A stretch of DNA of 64,000 bases from an uncultured Planctomycetota bacterium (GTDB lineage: Bacteria > Planctomycetota > Planctomycetia > Isosphaerales > Isosphaeraceae), in the NCBI GenBank assembly GCA_963823665.1, contig CAWGMQ010000004.1, positions 1,120,001 to 1,184,000 of the forward strand, given 5' to 3'. The notes under the pieces were generated by a model. The model saw only the letters and a program-made list of their open reading frames with translations. It was not told the DNA's origin and did not search any database. This document shows positions 56,349 through 64,000 of the stretch, piece by piece (the first letter of the stretch is position 1; the number at the start of each line of letters is the position of its first letter). Position numbers and translations under genes: made by a program.

Positions 56349-56591
56349 GCAATGTCGCTGGCTCAGCACGCTTTATTAGCTCGGAGACTCGAGAACCTGC
56401 TTCTTGCTGGTGAGCGTCACGATGTGGCGGGTCAGCCCGAGGCATTACGGCCGATGGCGCTGGAATTCAAGTCGGACGAGATCGGACGTGTGATCGCAAC
56501 TGGAGAGCCGGGATCGCTCTGATGCAGGTCTGCACAGCGCTTTCGATCCGATCCATGGCTCAACTCACCGGAACCACGCCGAATCGCCCTC

Positions 56592-56621
56592 TTGACGGAC
56601 TTCGCTGCGACGCTTTCTAAT
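56592..56621 (+). promoter_or_regulatory. Putative sigma70 promoter of tRNA-Leu
   Basis: TTGACG (56592-56597) and TCTAAT (56616-56621), 8 nt before the tRNA. Confidence 0.5.
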
Positions 56622-56629
56622 GAGTCCAG

Positions 56630-56715
56630 GCCGAAGTGGCGGAATTGGCAGACGCGCTAGGTTCAGGTCCTAGTCCCTCTAACGGGGGGTGCAGGTTCAA
56701 CTCCTGTCTTCGGCA
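56630..56715 (+). tRNA. tRNA-Leu (anticodon CAG)
   Basis: GCCGAAG/CTTCGGC acceptor stem, TGGCGGAATTGGCAGACGC D arm, CTAGG-TTCAGGT-CCTAG anticodon arm, long variable arm, GGTTCAACTCC T arm; CCA not encoded. Confidence 0.95.
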
Positions 56716-56724
56716 CTAAAAACC

Positions 56725-57510
56725 GTGTTCGGCAAGTTCCACATCATCGACTTGAGCGTCCCGCTCGCACACAACGGTGTCAGCGAGCCGATTCCCGCAC
56801 AGATTCATTACGTACGGCACGATGGCGAAGGGGTGCAACAAATGCACCAGTTCTTCGGCGTCCGGCCGGAAGACTTGGTCTGGTCGAACGGAATGGGCTG
56901 GGCGCTCGAGGAGATCCGGGCTATCACCCATACGGGCACACATGTCGATGCTCCGTTTCACTACGGCCCGCTGTCCGAAGGCAAGCCGGCGCGCACGATC
57001 GATCAAATCCCTCTCGAGTGGTGCTTCGCGCCCGGCGTTGTGCTTGACTTTCGCCATAAGGCCGCCGGTGAGTTCATCCGGGTAGCTGATCTCGAGGCCG
57101 CACTCGAACGCATCGACTACAAGTTGCGCCCGCTTGATATCGTCCTGCTTCAAACTGGGGCCGATCGAAGAATGGGTTCGCCGGACTACTTCGCCCAGCC
57201 CGGTCTCGGGCGGGAAGGTGTGCTCTGGCTCGTCGAGCAAGGGATCAAGATCATCGGCATCGACGCCTACACACTCGACCGGCCGTTTGAAAACATGGCG
57301 GCGGACTTCAAGCGAACCGGCGACGGCCGCTTCATCTGGCCGGCCCATTTCGCTGGAATCACTCGGGAGTACTGCCAGATAGAGAAGCTGGCAAACCTTG
57401 ACTTGATCCCGCAACCACATGGCTTCTATGTCTCGTGCATGCCGGTGAAAATCGAGGCTGCAAGCGCCGGCTGGTGCCGGGCCGTGGCGATGGTTCCCGA
57501 GTCTGAATGA
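56725..57510 (+). CDS. Cyclase family metal-dependent hydrolase (kynurenine formamidase-like)
   Basis: IIDLS, HTGTHVDAPFH, IGIDA, IEKLANL; first in-frame start after the tRNA is GTG at 56725. Confidence 0.88.
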   Translation: MFGKFHIIDLSVPLAHNGVSEPIPAQIHYVRHDGEGVQQMHQFFGVRPEDLVWSNGMGWALEEIRAITHTGTHVDAPFHYGPLSEGKPARTIDQIPLEWCFAPGVVLDFRHKAAGEFIRVADLEAALERIDYKLRPLDIVLLQTGADRRMGSPDYFAQPGLGREGVLWLVEQGIKIIGIDAYTLDRPFENMAADFKRTGDGRFIWPAHFAGITREYCQIEKLANLDLIPQPHGFYVSCMPVKIEAASAGWCRAVAMVPESE

Positions 57511-57760
57511 GAGCGCGAGTCGAGACTCGCCGTCGAATGCGCGCGGAACCTCACCGATCGCTTTTTTTCTTGCAGAGCTAGCTAAGAAAGTGATCGCCAT
57601 CACCTTTCTGCAAGTGAGACGTACATCAGATTCGTTGAAAAGCACCACTCCACGGTCGATACTGCTAAGGTGGTTCATTCGACTCGAACGTGCGTAGCCG
57701 GCGGGGAGCGCATTCAGGCTGTCTGCATAATGCAACATCAACCAGCGAAAGGAGCGGACC

Positions 57761-58171
57761 ATGCGAGTAAACCCGTACTTGCATTTCAACGGCAATTGCG
57801 AGGAAGCGTTCAAATTCTATGAGAAGACCTTCGGCGCCAAAATTGGGGCGATGATCACGCACGCGGGAACACCTGCTGAGGGACACGTCCCGACTGAGTG
57901 GCTTGAAAAGATCATGCACGCCCGCCTCTTTGTGGGCGACGACGTCTTGATGGGCTCCGACGCGCCACCCGACCGCTATCAAAAACCCACCGGGTTCTCG
58001 GTGACCCTTCAAATCAAAGACCCTGCTGAAGGCAAACGGATCTTCGAGGTCCTCGCGACGGATGGCATGATCGTGATGCCCTTTGCGCAAACATTTTGGG
58101 CTGCGGGCTTCGGAATGTTGGTTGACCGTTTCGGTATCCCATGGATGGTGAACTGCGAGCAGCCCACCTGA
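57761..58171 (+). CDS. VOC/PhnB family protein
   Basis: NPYLHFNGNCEEAFKFY, IMHA, MGSD, MPFAQTFW, DRFGIPWMVN. Confidence 0.92.
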   Translation: MRVNPYLHFNGNCEEAFKFYEKTFGAKIGAMITHAGTPAEGHVPTEWLEKIMHARLFVGDDVLMGSDAPPDRYQKPTGFSVTLQIKDPAEGKRIFEVLATDGMIVMPFAQTFWAAGFGMLVDRFGIPWMVNCEQPT

Positions 58172-58299
58172 TTCAAGCCAACGCCCATCACAGCCGCGCA
58201 CTTTGGCGCGTCAGCGCTCGTTCACGCGTGCAAAGGGCGACCGAAAAGAGTTGTTTGAACCCGCGAGGCACGCAAGCGATAAGCTGCGAGCCTGCTGAC

Positions 58300-58385
58300 C
58301 CCGCGGCCTGCCTCTCGATGCTCTCGGCCCAGTCCCGGAATATCAGATGATAAAGCTCTGCCATCCGGTCATAGAAATCGTTCAT
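58300..58385 (-). pseudogene. N-terminal fragment of a probable class I SAM methyltransferase
   Basis: MNDFYDRMAELYHLIFRDWAESIERQAA resembles a methyltransferase N-terminus; no GxG motif follows. Confidence 0.4.
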
Positions 58386-58574
58386 CGGGAGGACTCATTG
58401 GCCGAGCGCACGGATCGCCGCTTTGGCTCGTTGCTAAACCGTCCGCCACATGCGTTCTGATATCGAAGACTTCCGCGACGCGCTCGAAACGTCGTTGTAT
58501 CATTCACCAATGGCCATTCAAAACCGTGAATTGTCAAAGAACTCAAAACGTGCAGCATTCAGGCACCGTGATCC

Positions 58575-59085
58575 TTAGCGGCTTCGCGCGAACGGCTCTT
58601 CCGGGAAAACCAGGTCCAGCTAGAGCAACGGGAACTCGGGCCGGTTTCGGAACGGGTCGAGGGAGACATCTCGCGCCATCGCTTTGGCGTCGCGGTACCC
58701 CGCGGCCGCGGCCCGGCGGAGCAGTTCCATCGCCTTGCCGGCCTCGGCCTCACTGTTGCCGCCAGAGATCCCCGAGTCCTTGCGGCCGGCTGCCGCAGCC
58801 AGCGCGGCGTGGCAGCAGGCCAGCTCGTACCAATGCTCGCCCGAACGGGACCGCAGCTTATCGGACAAGGCCGCCGCTCGCCGGGTCTCTGAAATCGCGC
58901 CGGCAGCGTCTCCGCTGCCCCATCGCAACAGCCCCAGTCGGCGCACGCTCTTGGCCAGGCCGTTGCGGTACAGCACGACGTTGGGGTCGCCGTTGACCAG
59001 CTCCTCGCGGACCGCGATCGCGCGTTCGTAGCGCTCCCGTGCCTCGGCGATCCGGCCCATCGCGCGAAGGAGCAGCTCCCAGCCA
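58575..59085 (-). pseudogene. Orphan C-terminal fragment of a kinase-TPR protein with a premature TAG
   Basis: ..RYERAIAVREEL...YELACCHAAL...AMELLRRAAAAGYRD...LDPFRNRPEFPLL*LDLVFPEEPFAR; colinear with the C-terminus of the adjacent kinase. Confidence 0.75.
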
Positions 59086-59358
59086 CCGCGGCGTCCCGAG
59101 CACGACCGACCACGACACGGCACCGAAGATCGCGCGAAGGGAGCGTCGCATCGGGTGTATTTTCGCATGAATTCGCTGTCCGTTCAAATTCACCCGTTTG
59201 CCCTCGCTTATATTCACAGATTCGCATATCCAATCGAAACGCAACGTCGATGGTCCCGCTCCCTCGTGCGCTCGCATCGCACATGAACTCCTCTTCACAT
59301 CTCGCCGCTGAGGACGCAATCGCCTCGCGGCCAACGGCACGGTCCGAGGCCATGAACA

Positions 59359-62300
59359 TCAGCGGCCTCGCACCAGTGGATCCTTGGGGAATGCCAGGTC
59401 GAGCAACAGAAGCCGGAAGTCCTCCCGGCCCCGAAGCGGGTCCAGTGCCGTTTCGGCGCGGTAGGCTCCGGCGTTGCGATAGCCCATCCCCGCCGCCTGA
59501 TGCAGCAGGGCCATCGCCTGCTCGGCATGCGTTTCCCGCTCGACGGCCGCCACGCCCGTCCCGACCACCCCGGCGACGGACGAGAGCAAAGCGTGGCAGC
59601 CAGCGTAGTAGTAGACGTATTCCCCATCCAGATTTGATACGGTCTTGAAAAGAGCCATCGCCCGTTTCCAGTCGGCCGACGCCCCGGCGATGTCCCCCGC
59701 CGCGTGGCGCGCCTGTCCAAACCGGAGGAGGCTTTCCGCCAGGTTCTTTCGATACTGCGGCACGTTCGCTTCGGCACGGACGAGCGCCTGCGCAGCGCCA
59801 CCGCATGCTCGCAGTGCGCCCGTGCCTCGGCCGGCCTTCCCAGCCGCAGCAGAACGGTCGCGCAGTTTGTGTCGCAGTTCGCCAGGCTGTCCCTGAAGCT
59901 GGGAACGCTCGGGTTGGCGCTGGCGAGCGCCTGCCGGATCGCCTCCTCACGCGAAAAATAATCGATGGCCTCGCCTGGCTTTCCAGCCTTGAGAAGTAGC
60001 CATCCCAGGTCGGTCAGGCTGTTCGCCACGTCAGCCCGGAATTCGATCACGCTCGGATTGGCCTCGGCGAGTCGCTGCCGGATCGCTAGCGCCCAGCCGT
60101 GCGCTTCACCTGCCCCTGGCATATCGCCTCTCGCGGATAGCAAGTTGCCGATCGTCTCATCTGTGTTTGCCAGGTCTTGCTGGAACTCGGTGACACTGGG
60201 GTTGGCATCCGCCAGCTTCTGCCGGATGACCAGTGCTTGGCCGTGGGCCTCGAGCGCGCCGGCGGGGTCGCCCGTCTCTTGCCGCAGGATACCGATGTTG
60301 TAATGACTTCTTGCCAGTTCGAGCTGGAAAGTCGTCACGCTGGGGTTGGCTTCCGCCAGCTTCTGTTGAATGGCCAGTGCCTTGCCGCAGGCCGCCTGCG
60401 CCCTGGCCAGGTCGCCGATTCGCGACAGCATCGCGCCGATATTGTTGTGGCTCATCGCCATCTCCCGTTGGAGCTCGGCGCCGCTGGGGCTGGCATCCGC
60501 CAACCTCTGCTGGATCTCGAGCGCCTGCACAAACGAGTCCCGCGCGGCAGCAAAGTCCCCCATCTGGGATAGCAGGGCACCAATGTTGTTGTGGCTCATC
60601 GCCACCTCCCGCTGGAACCCAACGACGGCACGGTTCGCCTCAGCCTGCTTCTTCGCGATCGCCAGCGCCTTGTCGTATGCCGCTCGCGCCCCGGCCAGGT
60701 CGCCCGTTGCAGCCTGCAAGTTGCCCAGGTAGTTGAGGCTCTTCGCCAGTTCTTGCCAGAAGTGAATGACATTGGGATTCGTGTCAGACAACTTCTCGCG
60801 GATCACGATCGCCTTGCCGTAGGCCGCCCGTGCCCCCGCCACATCACCCGTCCTCGACAGCAGGGAGCCGAGATTGTTGAAGCCGTTAGCCAGCTCGTCC
60901 TGGAACATGGTGACGGTCGGATTTCGGTCCGCCAGTCTTTGCCGGATGGCGAGCGACTTGTCATAAGCCGCCCGCGCGCTGACGGGGTCGCCGGTCTCGG
61001 CCAGCACGAGCCCAATGCTCATCTGGGTCCAGGACAGGTCAAGCTGGAACTCGGTGACTTCACGGTCGCCCTCGGCTAGCTTTTGCTGGATCGGTAGCGC
61101 TTTGCGGTACGCCGCAAGTGCCTCTGAAGGGTTGCCCGTCCTGGACTGCAGGAGCCCGATGCTATTCTGGGCTGTCGCCACGTTCCGCTGGAAGTTTTTG
61201 TCGCCAGAGTTGCCCTCGGCAAGCTTTTGCTGGATCGCCAGCGCCTTGTCGTAGGCGGCCCGCGCGCCGGCCGGATCGCCCGTCTCCGCCAGCAAGTTGC
61301 CGGTCAACGAGTACGCCTTTCCCATCACATCCCGAGCTTGCTCACCCACCTCTCCATCCGTCCCGATCTCCCCCGCCACCTTCCGCGCTTGCTCGAGCGA
61401 TGCGAGCGCTCCAGCCATGTCTCCTGTCGCTTGCTGCAGCCACCCTGAGGCGTTCAGGCCCCGCGCCAGTTCAAGCTTGGTCCCGATATCTGCCGCCGGC
61501 TCCGACGCCAGCTCCCGATGCACCTTGAGCGCCTTCCGGTGCACCGCCAGTGCCGCAGCTTGGTCGCCGATCTTGGCCGTCAATTCGGCCAGTTCGACAT
61601 ACGCCTCTCCCAGCGCTGTGCGCGACTCGCGATCGGTTTGGCCTTTCACCAGATCTTCCAGCTTGCTGTAGAAGTCGGCTGCGCCCTTCAGCAGCTTCTT
61701 CCTCAGGCCGTCGAACTGTTTCTCCTTCATGAGCACGTCGTCGCTCACCTCGCCGTGGAAGACTTTGATCGCCTCCATCGCCAGGTTGAACCGCTGCTTC
61801 TCGCGCACGTTGGCCAGTTTCAACTCGGCGTTGGCCTCCGTGACCCGCCCGTTCGCAATCTCCAGGGCACTGTTGGCCTTCTGAAGCCTGACGTTGGCCC
61901 TGGTCTGAACAGCGAGCACGGCACCGGTGCCAACGAGCGCGACCAGCACCGACGCAGCCAGCGCGGCCACCACCGTCCGGTTCTGCCGCGCCCACCGCCG
62001 TGCCCGCCGTGCGAACGGCTCGCGCCAGGCGGTCACGGACTCGTCAGCCATCCATCGTTCCAGGTCGTCGGTCAGGTCCTTGGGTGTGGGATATCGGTCC
62101 TCGGGTGCCGTTGCCATTGCCTTCAGGCAGACCGCCTCCAAAGCCCTGTCAAGCGCGGGATCACGCTGCGACGGCCGCTGGAATCGGCCTTCCTGCACTG
62201 CGCGGAGCACCGCGCCGACGTCGTCGCCCTCGAACGGCGACTTGCCGGTCAGCAGACAGTAAAGTGTCGCGCCCAGGCTGTAAACGTCGGATCGCACGCC

Positions 62301-63320
62301 CATTCGCCTGAGGTCGCCCCGCGCCTGCTCCGGGCTCATGTAACCGGGAGTGCCCAGCACGCTCCCCGGCAGCGTCTCCGACGAACCGCTCGATACAGGG
62401 GCAAGCGTCCGCTCTTCCATCGATTCATCAGCCCGGCCAACCGTCTTGGCCAGCCCCCAGTCCACGACCAGCGTCTCACCATGCTTGCCCACGATGATGT
62501 TCGCCGGCTTCAAGTCGCGGTGAATCACCCCGCGCAAATGCGCGTAGTCGACAGCGTTGCAGACGTCGACGAACCGGCGAAGCATCCGGCGAAGCTCCAG
62601 CTCTCGGACACCGTTCGCTTGATGGAATTGCGTGATCGCCTCCTTGAGCGACTCACCCTTGATTAACCGCATCGCGTAGTACGGGCGGCCGAGGGCGTCT
62701 GTGCCCAGGCCGTAGACAGGAACGACACCCGGGTGCTCCAGCCCGCCGGTGATCTCGGCCTCCGTGACGAACCGCTGACGGCTCACCAGATCATCGGCAT
62801 GCTCCTCCAGGATCTGCTTCAGTGCCACCTCACGGTGCAGCTCGCCGTCGAGCGCCACGAAAACGGCTCCGAGCCCGCCGCGGGCGTGGGGCCGCAGGAT
62901 CCGGAACCGCTGCCCGCCCGACGTGGCCGAGCCGACGGCATAGCTCCCGGTGCGTTCTGCGTCATCGTACTCGTGGGTTGAATCCCGGCCCGAGCCAACG
63001 TGACCCAGCGTCGACTCGACGTCCGAGCCGCCGGCTCGCACGAGCCGTTCGCAAATCGAACGCCCAATCAAAAGAACGGAAAGGCTTTTCTCGGCGTCGC
63101 CGCCTGACGCCTGAACATGCAGACCAGCAATGGCCTCGACGACATCGCGGCGCGGAGCATCGAGGTGCCCGAGCTCGACGAGGTGTTCCGTCAGCGGCCG
63201 GGTTCTGTCGCGAGTCCAGGCAGCGAAGGCCGCAAACAGCCCCCCCTGGTCAATCAGGCCGTTCTGAAGAGCCAGGAGGCCGCAAAGCAGGTCGCGTGAC
63301 GGGTCAATCGATCGGGACAT
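59359..63320 (-). CDS. Ser/Thr kinase-TM-TPR protein (frameshift near 59785)
   Basis: [54 protein letters not shown] and ~51-aa TPR-like repeats; true C-terminus in 59359..59763. Confidence 0.9.
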
Positions 63321-63351
63321 GGTGACAACTCGCATTTGTTTTCACAGCCGC

Positions 63352-64000
63352 TCAGCGTTTGGCAGCCGCTTGGTTCGCCTTGCGAACGGCCTCGACCAGG
63401 GCGTCCCAGTAGGACGGGAGCCGGTCATAAGGGTTCGGGCCGACGTCGTCGGTGATGAACACGTAGCCGATTTTCAAGTCCGCCGCGCGGCGGAGCGACT
63501 TCTTCATCTGTTCCTCCGTGCTGACGTTGTGCGCCTGGGCGCAGAACCTCGATCCCGCGAATCGCGACGTCCAGGCTGGGAGCTGGAGCTCGTCAAATCC
63601 CCGCTCGCGCTCGAACAGGCTGATCACGTCCGAGGCCGGTCTTGCAGCGTAGCCTCGGTCGCACGAAGTGCCGGGGTTGGTCAAAACAATCGCGCCCTCG
63701 ATGTGCTCGTGTACGTAGCGGTAGAGCTCGGCATAGTAGTCCACGCCGCGGGCGTCACTGCTCTGCTCGTCAAAATGGAAACCCTGAAGATCCGGGTAGA
63801 ACCTCAAAAACGTGTCGACCTCCTTCTTCACCTGCTCCAAGGGCTTGCGCGTGTATTGCGTGCCGATATAGCCGACAAGCGCGACACCAGCTTTCCGAGC
63901 GCGGGGAAGGACCGCTGCAAAGTTGGTGTCGACGTGGTCGCCAGGCCCGCTGGCCGGGTTTACGATTGCAACGATCGGCACGACCTTCGCCGATGCAATC
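63352..64000 (-). CDS. Spherulation-specific family 4 (spherulin-4 / GH135-like) protein, 5' end outside the window
   Basis: IVNPASGPG, GYIGT, GFHFDE, TNPGT, VFITDD...NPYDRLPSYW; the frame is open to the window edge. Confidence 0.85.
   Translation of the reverse strand, partial: IASAKVVPIVAIVNPASGPGDHVDTNFAAVLPRARKAGVALVGYIGTQYTRKPLEQVKKEVDTFLRFYPDLQGFHFDEQSSDARGVDYYAELYRYVHEHIEGAIVLTNPGTSCDRGYAARPASDVISLFERERGFDELQLPAWTSRFAGSRFCAQAHNVSTEEQMKKSLRRAADLKIGYVFITDDVGPNPYDRLPSYWDALVEAVRKANQAAAKR

Larger units (their letters stand above)
33151..56560 (+). repeat. Diverged tandem duplication, unit ~11.75 kb (33151-~44730 and 44906-~56560)
   Basis: The upstream regions align (gtcgtaatcggatctttcg at 33164 and 44919), both genes are paralogous, and downstream flanks are similar near 44660-44730 and 56490-56560. 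Confidence 0.92.

Noticed and set aside
56690..56715. tRNA 3' end as the att site of an integrated element
   Set aside because: I found no duplicate of the tRNA 3' end and no integrase in the window (checked by eye only).
56689..56724. ORF-track start of the cyclase at 56689
   Set aside because: It lies inside the tRNA T arm; GTG at 56725 is more plausible.

Overview
High-GC bacterial window, most likely a planctomycete (Isosphaeraceae-like). The evidence is the 'LExRxLL' planctomycete export motifs, a DUF4058 protein, an ECF-kinase pair and a PV-type microcompartment locus. It contains five Hanks-type Ser/Thr kinase-TM-TPR genes plus an orphan C-terminal fragment; a BlaI/BlaR1-like pair; an ECF sigma-kinase pair divergent from a 1403-aa dockerin-bearing surface protein; mutM; a PV-BMC operon (21.2-31.0 kb); a CocE/NonD hydrolase; tRNA-Leu(CAG); cyclase, VOC and spherulin-4 genes; and several REP-like hairpin families. 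The BMC operon holds DeoR, PduL, 3 BMC-H, acetate kinase, 3 BMC-P, an aldehyde dehydrogenase, a class II aldolase, an LDH/MDH-family enzyme and a class I aldolase-like protein. The most striking structure is a ~11.75-kb tandem duplication (33.2-56.6 kb) of a two-gene module: a membrane Ser/Thr kinase-TPR protein tightly coupled to a ~2470-aa, ~35-blade FG-GAP protein with a Ser/Thr stalk and a C-terminal anchor. About 14 small frameshifts split otherwise intact genes and are probably long-read errors. All family calls come from motif recognition by eye; no database searches were run.
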